Shown in pieces: positions 19,036 through 28,271 of a stretch of 64,000 nucleotides of DNA. The notes beneath the pieces were generated by a model, which did no database searches, was not told the DNA's origin, and was given only the letters and a program-made list of their open reading frames with translations. The stretch is from a bacterium (GTDB lineage: Bacteria > UBP6 > JAFGXH01). The DNA lies in the NCBI GenBank assembly GCA_027064085.1, contig JAMOQH010000172.1, positions 5,088 through 69,087 of the forward strand. Direction: 5' to 3'. Positions within the stretch are counted from its first letter, which is position 1; the number at the start of each line of letters is the position of its first letter. Made by a program: the position numbers and the translations under genes.

Positions 19036-20334
19036 ATGAAAATAACACCTGTATCTAATTCTGTACAATTATTAAAATTATTGATAGTTTTGTTTTTTCT
19101 ACCCGTTGTTTCTTTTTCTTATGAGAAAATGATTCATATTCATGTAAATAATTTAAATTCTTTTTATAAAAATATGAATAATAATAAAGTTTTTAATAAA
19201 GTTAATAAATCAAAAAATTGGAGTACTTTTAAGTATAGTAAGCTGTATGTTAGATTATTTGATGATATAAAAAAAATAGATTCAGATAATAAAATATTGA
19301 ATTTTAAAAATATTGAAAAATTACCAAATGGATCAATGGATTTTTATTTAATTAACATTGAGAAGGAAAATTTTATAGCTAAAATAAAGTTAGAAAAATC
19401 ACAAGTTGCAACATTAATAAATATTGACTTTGATAAACTTGAATCTACAATGTTTTTAGGAAAGAAAATCTATAAGTATCAAAAAATTCAATTAGTGTTA
19501 GATAATGATTATTTATATTTAAGTAATAATTTAAAGTATTTAAAAGCGTTTTTTGAAAATAAAAATAATTCTAATACAGATATTACCTTAAAGAATAAAT
19601 ATAAGAATTTTATTTATATAAATTTAAAAAAAATAAAAGGGACTCCTTATTTAAATAATTATTGGTTTACGAATTTAAAAGATTTTTCTAACTTTGAATC
19701 AATAATTGTTCAATTTAATTTAACTCAAACACTTTTTGAGGAAAATGGAATAATAAGTTTAAAAAATGAAGAAAATAATATGAAAAAATTAAAAATAATA
19801 GATAAAAAATTTAAAATTACACTATTTGATAGTAGAGGGAAATTTAGAATTTCTCCGTTTCTTAAAAATAAAAATATCAATATATATTCAGTTGTAAGTA
19901 ATGATTTTAAATCAAAAGTTTATCTTGCAAAATATATAGGCAAAAAATCATTTAAAGATTTTCTAAAAACAATATCTCCATCTGCGAAAATAATTAAAAA
20001 TGAATTACTTGAATATCATTATGGTCTTATGAATAGAAAAGTTGTTTATATAAAAATAATAGATAAAAATTTATTGTTTTCCAATAATATAAAATTGTTA
20101 AGCGATATAAAATTAAAAGAGAATAACAACTTATATCAGAAGATTGAAATATCCGATTTTAAAAATATATCAGAAGAATTATTGAAAATATCTAAACTAG
20201 ATAAGAATAATTATTCTTATAATAGCTTTTTAAAGAGCTATTTATTAAATTATATGAATATAAAATATTTTAAATATGATTCTAGTTTTAAAGATAACAA
20301 TAAATTAGAATTTAATACAAAAATAATATTTTAG
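19036..20334 (+). CDS. Asn/Lys-rich secreted hypothetical protein
   Basis: 432 aa with an N-terminal signal-like segment (LLKLLIVLFFLPVVSFS) and very low complexity (N, K, I rich). No recognisable domain. Confidence 0.5.
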   Translation: MKITPVSNSVQLLKLLIVLFFLPVVSFSYEKMIHIHVNNLNSFYKNMNNNKVFNKVNKSKNWSTFKYSKLYVRLFDDIKKIDSDNKILNFKNIEKLPNGSMDFYLINIEKENFIAKIKLEKSQVATLINIDFDKLESTMFLGKKIYKYQKIQLVLDNDYLYLSNNLKYLKAFFENKNNSNTDITLKNKYKNFIYINLKKIKGTPYLNNYWFTNLKDFSNFESIIVQFNLTQTLFEENGIISLKNEENNMKKLKIIDKKFKITLFDSRGKFRISPFLKNKNINIYSVVSNDFKSKVYLAKYIGKKSFKDFLKTISPSAKIIKNELLEYHYGLMNRKVVYIKIIDKNLLFSNNIKLLSDIKLKENNNLYQKIEISDFKNISEELLKISKLDKNNYSYNSFLKSYLLNYMNIKYFKYDSSFKDNNKLEFNTKIIF

Positions 20335-20374
20335 TTTTATTAACCATTGACGATAATATGGGTAGGAGGACCTT

Positions 20375-20608
20375 ATGCTTACATTAAGCCGAAAACCAGG
20401 AGAGTCCATCCGTATCGGCAATGATATATTAATTATTGTTCAAGAGGTTAGAGGAAAGGTTGTTAAAATTAGTATTGAAGCTCCAGAAGATATGACTATA
20501 TATCGAGAGGAGCTATACAAGAGAATTGTTGCAGCAAATCTAGAATCAACCTCTTTATCAGATCTTGCCGACTTAGAAAAGGAATTAAAAGATTTACCTG
20601 ATTTTTAG
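20375..20608 (+). CDS. csrA: Carbon storage regulator CsrA
   Basis: MLTLSRKPGESIRIGNDILIIVQEVRGKVVKISIEAPEDMTIYREELY is near-canonical CsrA. AGGAGG RBS. Confidence 0.9.
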   Translation: MLTLSRKPGESIRIGNDILIIVQEVRGKVVKISIEAPEDMTIYREELYKRIVAANLESTSLSDLADLEKELKDLPDF

Positions 20609-20616
20609 GAGGTGTT

Positions 20617-21123
20617 ATGAGGGTATCAACGGTAAGATTTGGAGAAATAGAAATTAAAGATTCTGATTTAATTCATTTTCCTGGAGCTATATTAGGGTTT
20701 CCAGCATCTAAATCATATTTCATTATTGAGGCAGAGGATAGTGCTTTTTTTGCATGGTTACAATCTGTTCAAGAACCTGAATTATGTTTTGTTGTGACAG
20801 ACCCTTTTATTTTTAAAAAGGATTATAGTGTTAATTTAACAAATAAGGAAATAGAATCATTATCAATAAAAGAAGCAAATGAAATTAATATTTTATCCAT
20901 TGTTTCCATAAATTCTAGAAGTAATGGGCAAATAAATATAAACCTAATGGCTCCACTAGTTGTAAATGCCACAACAAGAGTTGGTTATCAGTTAATTAAA
21001 GAAGAATATACTCATCATCTAAGGTATAATATCAAGCCTATTTTAAGAAAGATGGCAGAGATTGAAGAAATGGATAGAAAAGCATTTGATAAAGCAGATG
21101 TTCAAAAGCAGGCTGTTAGTTAA
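20617..21123 (+). CDS. fliW: Flagellar assembly factor FliW (CsrA antagonist)
   Basis: 168 aa with FliW family motifs (GEIEIKDSDLIHFPGAILGFP…YFII…FAWLQS…ININLMAPLVVN). It is immediately downstream of csrA. Confidence 0.8.
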   Translation: MRVSTVRFGEIEIKDSDLIHFPGAILGFPASKSYFIIEAEDSAFFAWLQSVQEPELCFVVTDPFIFKKDYSVNLTNKEIESLSIKEANEINILSIVSINSRSNGQININLMAPLVVNATTRVGYQLIKEEYTHHLRYNIKPILRKMAEIEEMDRKAFDKADVQKQAVS

Positions 21124-21227
21124 TTTATTTACTAGTTACACTATTCTTTATCTTACTTTGCTTAATAATGTTTAATTGTCTATAGTTAAAGAAATGCCGT
21201 GAATTACATAAAAAATCATTAGAAAAC

Positions 21228-21256
21228 TTGACAAAAACTATGAAGTCTTTTAATAT
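21228..21256 (+). promoter_or_regulatory. Candidate sigma70 promoter TTGACA-17-TAATAT for the giant lipoprotein gene
   Basis: TTGACA at 21228-21233, a 17-nt spacer, then TAATAT at 21251-21256, about 27 nt before the ATG at 21283. Confidence 0.4.
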
Positions 21257-21282
21257 TATAAATTAAATGTTTGGGAGTATAC

Positions 21283-24200
21283 ATGAAAGGAATTATATTT
21301 TTTTTGACACTATTTTTAATGATTATAGCTTCTAGTTGTACAAGTAGTTCAACTGATAATGGAAGTCATGGGAAAGAAAAGCCTGAGTTTATTCTAGACT
21401 CTCTAGGTACATCAGGATATGCATCAGACGCTAATCCTCTTGAAATTGTTTTTATTATTGATGAAAATTCAATAAAGGGAGATGTCCCTTATAAGTTTAT
21501 TTGGGATTTTGGTGATGGAACTAAATCAGAAACTAGTACTAAACTAGAAAAAACGCACTTATATAAAAAACAAGGTATTTATACTGCAAAAGTTATTATG
21601 CAAGACAATGATTATGTTTCAGATGAGAAAACTCCTGATGAAACATATAGCCAAGAACTTACTATTGTTGCTAAATCTAAAGTAGATTTAGTTGTACAAG
21701 TTGCTCAGATAGATAAAATTGTATATGATAAAGGTGATGAGGGTAATGTTACAATTAAAATCGCCAATTTAGGAAATGAAGCAACAACTGAAACTGTAAA
21801 ATTAAAGGCATTTTTATCTGAGGATCAAAAGCTAGATAAAACAGACTATGAACTTGGGGTAGTTGATTTAGAGTCGTTGGCAGAAGCTGAATCTATTGAG
21901 AAGGAAATTCCATTTACTATTTCAAATGATTTAACTCCTAAAAATTATTGGGTTATTATAAAGGTAGATTATGATAACCTTTATATTGAATCAAATGAAG
22001 GAAATAATACCAATGTTATTAATTCTCAGGTTGAAATATTAGGTGCAACTGGTAAGTCTCCTGATTTAGCTTTTGATTCTGTTGATTTACCAGAGTTTTT
22101 TATTGTAAATGATCAATTTAAAATAAATGCAAATATAATAAATCAAGGTGAAACCGCATCTTTACCATTTTCATATAAATTAGTATTATCTAAAAATGAA
22201 ACTCTTGATGCTACAGGAGCTGAAGATAATGATGATATTATATTAAAATATGATTTCGTTTCAGATTCAATAATTTCAGGAGATACTTTAGCTATTTCTG
22301 TTCAAACTTCGATTCCTGAAGAAGGAAACTACTATTTATTTCTTATCTTAGATCCAACAGATGATGTGAAAGAATCCGATGAAAATAACAACATATATAA
22401 ATCTGAAAAAATTACAGTAGGAAAAACTCTTACTGGAGTTGATCTTGTTCCATTCAATATAATAATAAACCCTTTAACTAATATTACTAAAGGAAAAACT
22501 CTTTCTGTTAGCTACTCTATTAAAAATAGAGGAAATCACCCTGCTTTAAAAACTAATGCTAGAGTACTATTATCAACAGATGAAAGTTTAGATGATAGTG
22601 ATATTTTATTACCTTTTGAAGGTGGTGATTTGGGAGAAATTGATCCTATCGCTGGGGCTGTAACCATAGAAAAAACACATAGAGTTGCAGTTCCTGATAC
22701 AGAAGATTTCCAAGAAGGAGATTACTATATTCTTGTTGATATAAATTACATTAAAGAAAATGAAACAGAAAGGCCAATTGAAGAAGCAGATTACTCTAAT
22801 AATTTATTATCAAGTGAAAAGATTACTATTGGAGGTTCTAGTGGTGGTTGTACAAAAGATATTCTTGTTGATAATTTAGAAATTCTTCCTACACCTGCTT
22901 TTGAAAGCTCTCCGTTTACTGTTAAATTTAATATGTCTAATGTAGGAAGTGAAAATGTTGCTTCATTTGTGACTAAAATATATACTGGAAATCCTAATGT
23001 TGATTTAGATGATGATAATTATCTAAAGAAAAACTACAATGTATCTAGATTATCTGCAAATGGTACTTTAACTAAAGAGATAATACTTGATATTCCAAAT
23101 CACTTACCTGAAGATAGATATTGTGTTTTAATAAAAGCCGATGCAACAAATACAATTGGAGAATGTGATGAGCAAAATAATATTTTAAATTATTGTTTTG
23201 ATGTAACCACAAGGGGTGATAATAATGATATTACTTTATCTGATATAGATGTATCAGAAGAAAGTATAGATTTAAATGAAAACAATAAAATAAATGTTAA
23301 TTTTAAAGTATCAAACTTAGGTACAACTAATACGGCAACATTTTATTGTAAAGCATATCTTTCACCGGATAATGAATTTTCTCCAAATAATGATTTTTCT
23401 GTACTTGAAAGTTATACTATTTATAATATTTTAGGTGGAACAGAACAAAATATTACTGATTATGAGATTACAATTCCTAAAAATATGGGAGATAGAGATT
23501 ATAAATTATTTATTAATTGTGATGATACAAAAATTGTTCCTGAAACAGATGAAACAAATAATTTTCTTGTTTATGAAAACAATATAAATGTAAAAGGAAG
23601 TGATTCAGGGTGTAATGCTGATATTTATGAAATTAATGATATTAGTGATTTAGCTAAAGAAATTGATTTGACTAGTGATATTACATCAGGTTTATGCGAC
23701 CAAGATATCGATTGGTATAAATTTACTCTTAATAAAACACATAAATTTAGAATAGATCTAGAGCAAGGGTTTTCCGATAAAGATATTGATTTAGTGCTAT
23801 ATAAAATGAATGAAGATGATGAACTTGTAGAAGTGATGGTTAGTGATTCAACTGAAATCAGAGAAACTATAGAAAAGAACATTTTAACTGATGAAGATGA
23901 AGGCTTATATTATTTAAAAGTATTTCCAAAAGATTACTCTACAATGTCTAAAACAGATTATACTTTACAGGTATCCTATGAAGAAGTTGGCGGAGTGGGG
24001 ATAGACTTGTCTTTAAAAGATGTAAATACTGATACTATTAACAATATTATGACCGATGAAGAATTTACATTAAACTTTAGTGTTGAAAATTTGAAAAATA
24101 ATGATTCTGGTAATTTTGTAATTGGAGTTTATTTATCTTCTGATAATGAGATTTCTAATGATGATGTAATGCTTGGTCTTTTGAATGCAAATTCTTTAGG

Positions 24201-26157
24201 GCTTTTAGAAAAACAAGATTTTGAAGCAACGATGACTCTTACGGAAAGTTTAACTAGTGGAACATATAATTTAATTATAAAAGTAGATCCTTATGGTTTA
24301 ATCACAGAAACAAATGAAGATAACAATGCTTATACAAAAGAATTAATGGTTAATTATAACTCTTCATGTGAATTAGATTTGCTTGAGCCTAACTCATGGG
24401 ATCCTTTACTAGGTAAGGTTGTTTCTAATGGTAACTATAGTAATTTAAAGTTGTGTTCAGATGATAAAGATGTTTATTTGATATATCTAAAAAAGAATTC
24501 TGAATTTACTGTCAATGTATATTTTACTGATGATGAGGGGGATATCGAAATTAAACTATATAAGCCAAATGATACAAGTTATTCAGGTAGTGTAGCAAGT
24601 TCTACTAGTTCAAGTGATAATGAAGATATTACCTATACTGCTGAAGAAACAGGTTTTTATATTCTTAAAGTATATAAATTTTCTTCTGGAGAAAGTGTTC
24701 AAACTTACTCTATGGAATTATCTGGTATTGTTGATGGATTTAACTTTATTAATAAAAAGTTAGAGATTCTTTCTAGTAATTTGGCTACAGATGAAAATAC
24801 ATTTTTGAAATATAGAATTGATTCTGAATCTACAAAAAATTTAACAACTGCTATGAATTTTAAAATATATTTATCTACAGATCCTATTTTAGATGACTCT
24901 ACAGATATTATGATATATAATGAGCTTATTAATAGTTTTAATTTAGGAACTAATATAGAAAAAAGGGTTAAGGTTAGATTACCTAGTGGCTTGAGTACAG
25001 GAAATTATTATTTTATATCCAAAGTTGATGCAGATGATTCAATTGTTGAGCTTAATGAAAATGATAATACTAAAGTAAAAGTAGCAACTATAGTTGGAGA
25101 ATGCCAAGAAGATAGGTTTGAAAGCAATAATTCTATGGCTGAAGCTGATAGAAATGATAGTATTCTTTCTGTAGGTACTTATGATAATTTAACAATTTGT
25201 CCAACAGATAGAGATTATTATAAAATATATTTAACATCTGGATTAGATTTATTTATCAATTTGTATTTTACAGATCCTATAGGAGATTTGGATTTAGTTC
25301 TCTATAATACAGAAGGTGTTTTAATTGCTGATTCAAGTTCAGAAACTAATGATGAACATATTCATTTTAATGTTTTAAATTCAGGCTGGTATTTTATAAG
25401 AGTTGATGGTGTTGAATATGATACTAATGCTTATAACCTAGAAATATTAACTCCAAGTTGTGATAATGTTAACTGTAATAGTGGAGTTTGTGATTTTACA
25501 GAAACTGGAGAAATGATTTGTGTTTGTGATGATGGTTACACTGGAGATACTTGTGATGTGTGTGCAGATGGTTACCATGATAATAATGGAGTATGTGAAA
25601 TAGATGAAACTTGTCAACAAGATAGTTGCCAAGAAGCATTTAAAAATAGTTGTTCTGTTGTAGGTGGAGTTGTTGAATGTTCATGTAACAGTGGGTATAC
25701 AGAAGATAATAATGGTAATTGTATTATAGATTGTGATATTACAGCAAATTTAGAGCCAAATGATGCTAATGATGCTTGTGTTTGTATAGATGGTTATCAT
25801 GATGATAATGGAGTATGTGAAATAGATGAAACATGTGAAGTGGATAGTTGTACAGATACTAACAAGTCAGTTTGTAATGTTGTTGCTGGAGTAGTTGAAT
25901 GCTCATGTGATGATGGTTACACTGGAGATACTTGTTCTGATTGTGCTAGTGGTTATCACGATAATGCTGGAGTATGTGATATTGATGAAACTTGTACTCC
26001 TAATCCCTGTACAGCTACTAACAAGTCAGTTTGTAATGTTGTTGCTGGAGTAGTTGAATGCTCATGTGATGAAGGTTACACCGGAGATACTTGTTCTGAT
26101 TGTGCTAGTGGTTATCATCAAGATACAAATGATATAAGTTTGTGTATTGCTGATTAA
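21283..26157 (+). CDS. Giant surface lipoprotein: PKD domain + about 7 CARDB-like repeats + 3 PPC (pre-peptidase C-terminal) domains + about 4 EGF-like Cys-rich repeats
   Basis: Lipobox (LMIIASSC). PKD signature (FIWDFGDGT). Repeated about 120-aa units of the CARDB type (…VTIKIANLGNEATT…, …FKVSNLGTTNTATF…). Three PPC-like segments (DIDWYKFTL…IDLVLYK; DVYLIYL…IEIKLYK; DRDYYKIYL…LDLVLYN). C-terminal repeats CxCDDGYTGDTCSDCASGYHDNxGVCxIDETC. The track start at 21271 is TTG; I use the ATG at 21283. Confidence 0.7.
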   Translation: MKGIIFFLTLFLMIIASSCTSSSTDNGSHGKEKPEFILDSLGTSGYASDANPLEIVFIIDENSIKGDVPYKFIWDFGDGTKSETSTKLEKTHLYKKQGIYTAKVIMQDNDYVSDEKTPDETYSQELTIVAKSKVDLVVQVAQIDKIVYDKGDEGNVTIKIANLGNEATTETVKLKAFLSEDQKLDKTDYELGVVDLESLAEAESIEKEIPFTISNDLTPKNYWVIIKVDYDNLYIESNEGNNTNVINSQVEILGATGKSPDLAFDSVDLPEFFIVNDQFKINANIINQGETASLPFSYKLVLSKNETLDATGAEDNDDIILKYDFVSDSIISGDTLAISVQTSIPEEGNYYLFLILDPTDDVKESDENNNIYKSEKITVGKTLTGVDLVPFNIIINPLTNITKGKTLSVSYSIKNRGNHPALKTNARVLLSTDESLDDSDILLPFEGGDLGEIDPIAGAVTIEKTHRVAVPDTEDFQEGDYYILVDINYIKENETERPIEEADYSNNLLSSEKITIGGSSGGCTKDILVDNLEILPTPAFESSPFTVKFNMSNVGSENVASFVTKIYTGNPNVDLDDDNYLKKNYNVSRLSANGTLTKEIILDIPNHLPEDRYCVLIKADATNTIGECDEQNNILNYCFDVTTRGDNNDITLSDIDVSEESIDLNENNKINVNFKVSNLGTTNTATFYCKAYLSPDNEFSPNNDFSVLESYTIYNILGGTEQNITDYEITIPKNMGDRDYKLFINCDDTKIVPETDETNNFLVYENNINVKGSDSGCNADIYEINDISDLAKEIDLTSDITSGLCDQDIDWYKFTLNKTHKFRIDLEQGFSDKDIDLVLYKMNEDDELVEVMVSDSTEIRETIEKNILTDEDEGLYYLKVFPKDYSTMSKTDYTLQVSYEEVGGVGIDLSLKDVNTDTINNIMTDEEFTLNFSVENLKNNDSGNFVIGVYLSSDNEISNDDVMLGLLNANSLGLLEKQDFEATMTLTESLTSGTYNLIIKVDPYGLITETNEDNNAYTKELMVNYNSSCELDLLEPNSWDPLLGKVVSNGNYSNLKLCSDDKDVYLIYLKKNSEFTVNVYFTDDEGDIEIKLYKPNDTSYSGSVASSTSSSDNEDITYTAEETGFYILKVYKFSSGESVQTYSMELSGIVDGFNFINKKLEILSSNLATDENTFLKYRIDSESTKNLTTAMNFKIYLSTDPILDDSTDIMIYNELINSFNLGTNIEKRVKVRLPSGLSTGNYYFISKVDADDSIVELNENDNTKVKVATIVGECQEDRFESNNSMAEADRNDSILSVGTYDNLTICPTDRDYYKIYLTSGLDLFINLYFTDPIGDLDLVLYNTEGVLIADSSSETNDEHIHFNVLNSGWYFIRVDGVEYDTNAYNLEILTPSCDNVNCNSGVCDFTETGEMICVCDDGYTGDTCDVCADGYHDNNGVCEIDETCQQDSCQEAFKNSCSVVGGVVECSCNSGYTEDNNGNCIIDCDITANLEPNDANDACVCIDGYHDDNGVCEIDETCEVDSCTDTNKSVCNVVAGVVECSCDDGYTGDTCSDCASGYHDNAGVCDIDETCTPNPCTATNKSVCNVVAGVVECSCDEGYTGDTCSDCASGYHQDTNDISLCIAD
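25858..26117 (+). repeat. Intragenic near-identical tandem DNA duplication (2 x about 101 nt, period 159 nt) encoding EGF-like repeats
   Basis: Copy A (25858-25958) and copy B (26017-26117) share acaagtcagtttgtaatgttgttgctggagtagttgaatgctcatgtgatga…ggagatacttgttctgattgtgctagtggttatca with 2 mismatches. Further degenerate copies occur at about 25520-25860. Confidence 0.8.
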
Positions 26158-26645
26158 TGGTAATACTTGGCATTGACCCTGGCTCTATAACTTTAGGTTA
26201 TGGTTTAATAGAAAAAAAAGGTAATAAATTAACTCATCTTGAAAATGGTGCTGTTTATATGAAAAACGAGCCCCTATCTGTCAAATTAGAGATGATTTAT
26301 AATCAACTTAGTGATGTTATTACAGAATATAAACCCGAAGTTATGTCTATAGAAAATATTTTTTATGCAAAAAATATTCAGTCAACAATTAAATTAGCTC
26401 ATGCAAGGAGTATTCCTATTTTACTTGCAAAACAACGGGGGTTAATTATATATCAATTTACTCCTCTTGAGGTTAAAAAATCAGTTACGGGTTATGGAAG
26501 GGCTGATAAGTCCCAAATGCAAAATATGGTTAAAGTTTTGCTTAAATTACCAGAAATTGCGGACCCCGATGCGAGTGATGCTCTTGCTTTGGCAATGACT
26601 TATGCTCATTTACCAAATTTTCAAAGGGATAAATACAGAGTTTAA
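26157..26645 (+). CDS. ruvC: Holliday junction resolvase RuvC
   Basis: MVILGIDPGSITLGYG…IENIFYAKNIQSTIKLAHARS… with catalytic acidic residues in the expected positions. The ATG overlaps the stop of the upstream giant gene (TAATG). Confidence 0.9.
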   Translation: MVILGIDPGSITLGYGLIEKKGNKLTHLENGAVYMKNEPLSVKLEMIYNQLSDVITEYKPEVMSIENIFYAKNIQSTIKLAHARSIPILLAKQRGLIIYQFTPLEVKKSVTGYGRADKSQMQNMVKVLLKLPEIADPDASDALALAMTYAHLPNFQRDKYRV

Positions 26646-26829
26646 TTTTTATTTTTCTCCGAACCACCTCCATAAACCTATAAGTTAGATTTTTATATAT
26701 ATGATTAATTACACGGAGGTGAGACTAATTAGGAGATAATTAAATTTATTTATTTAACATATACATATTTTTAAGACTTAGGCTTAAAAATGCCTGTAAT
26801 AACAGCTTAAAAGCTGTATGAAAGGCTAA

Positions 26830-27648
26830 CTAAAACAAATATTTATTAAACTTATTTGCTAGTTTACTTAAATTGTTTAAAGTTGAAAATAAATCGTCTT
26901 TATGTTTAATATCAGGGATTGAGTATTTAGTATTTATATTATCAAGATATTCTTTTATTGTTTCAGATGGTTTTAAAGACATTGCATCATTAATTTTTTC
27001 TTTCATTTTATCAACATTTCCGATAATTCCATATAGTTTTGCTGTTGTGGCGAGAGTGTCTGTCATTAAATTTTTCTTTATATCATTATAATTTTCTTTA
27101 TTGTTTTTTTGTTCTATTTCTTGAGTATTATTTTGTAAACCACTTGAAAACATTATTGCAGTAAATTTGAATAATTTTTTACTTCCTTCAAATAATTTTT
27201 CGTCCATATCTAACACTTCTGAAATATTGCTAAATAAATCATCTATTTCGTTACTAAATTTATCTATGCTAGTATTACTTCCATTTAGTGAAAAAAATGA
27301 ATCTTTTAATTCTTCAAAATCCTTACCTTGGAAAATATCTGATAAATTTTGCTTTTTTTCATCTGATAAGCCGTTTTTACTATAAGAAAATAAGTCTAAA
27401 CTCATAGATATTGAAGATGCTTTTGAAAAGTTTTCTCCTTCTATTGACTTAGATAGATTTAAATCAAAATGTCCCCAAAAAATGCTTTCCTTTTGCTTAT
27501 TAGTAACATTTTTAGGGGTAATTACAACTAAACTACTATTAGCTGACTCTTCTGTTTTTTTAGTAACTGAAATACTACTTTTCTTTGATTGATTTGATAT
27601 ACTAGGCTCACTACTTCTTAGCATATCATTTTTAACTGAATCTAACAT
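26830..27648 (-). CDS. Ser/Asn-rich hypothetical protein without an obvious signal peptide
   Basis: 272 aa with a strong RBS (AAGGAGGTCA, 5 nt upstream). Low-complexity S/N/K composition and no TM segment or signal peptide. Confidence 0.5.
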   Translation of the reverse strand: MLDSVKNDMLRSSEPSISNQSKKSSISVTKKTEESANSSLVVITPKNVTNKQKESIFWGHFDLNLSKSIEGENFSKASSISMSLDLFSYSKNGLSDEKKQNLSDIFQGKDFEELKDSFFSLNGSNTSIDKFSNEIDDLFSNISEVLDMDEKLFEGSKKLFKFTAIMFSSGLQNNTQEIEQKNNKENYNDIKKNLMTDTLATTAKLYGIIGNVDKMKEKINDAMSLKPSETIKEYLDNINTKYSIPDIKHKDDLFSTLNNLSKLANKFNKYLF

Positions 27649-27806
27649 TTTGACCTCCTTGTCTATAAATGTAATTCATAGTTTAAATGAAACAATAACA
27701 CACACATAAAGCTCATCGTCTAAAGTATTATAAACTTAAATTTTATTTTTTTATTAACTTTTTTAAAATAATATGGTCTAATATATATACATTGTTTGGA
27801 GGCATT

Positions 27807-28271
27807 ATGTTAATTAAAAAGATATTATTATCATTTACGATATTATTATTTTCAACTAACTTATTTTCACAAGATAAAAAGATTGATAATTTCTTTTTAA
27901 AAGTTCAGGAAAAAAAAATAGAAAGATTAAAAGAAAAACTTTCTGATTTAGATAATAAAACTAAAACTAAAATTATATCTGTAATTCTTAAATATGATAA
28001 AAAAATATTTAATATTAGAAGAAAAGCAATGATGCATAGAAGAAATAAGGGGGTTAATTGTGCTAAAAGATTAAATAGAATAGAAAATCAACTTAAAATA
28101 AGAAAGAAGATTATAAATCTACAATTAAAAAAGATAACAGAATTAAAAAACTTAAATATTGATTGTAAAATCATAAGCAAAATTATTATTTTCGAAAGAA
28201 GATTTCTGAGAAAATTAAGAATGAATATGAGAAAAGGTAATCATAAGAGACAGCACTTTGATAATGATTAA
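27807..28271 (+). CDS. Small basic secreted protein (signal peptide; K/R-rich coiled region)
   Basis: GGAGG followed by the ATG at 27807 (the track start at 27792 is TTG). Signal-like N-terminus LIKKILLSFTILLFSTNLFSQ. Very basic (K/R) remainder. Confidence 0.45.
   Translation: MLIKKILLSFTILLFSTNLFSQDKKIDNFFLKVQEKKIERLKEKLSDLDNKTKTKIISVILKYDKKIFNIRRKAMMHRRNKGVNCAKRLNRIENQLKIRKKIINLQLKKITELKNLNIDCKIISKIIIFERRFLRKLRMNMRKGNHKRQHFDND

Noticed and set aside
21283-26157. Calling the giant lipoprotein a secreted protease because of its PPC (pre-peptidase C-terminal) domains
   Set aside because: No catalytic domain (subtilisin, metalloprotease HExxH, etc.) is visible in the sequence. PPC and CARDB domains also occur in non-protease adhesins.
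26795-26815. Small hairpin ACAGCTT-aaa-AGCTGT, with a neighbouring GGCTTAAAAATGCC, between ruvC and the convergent minus-strand gene: a possible bidirectional terminator
   Set aside because: Stems are only 6 bp, AT-rich and have no clean U-tract on either strand. The signal is too weak to call a terminator with confidence.
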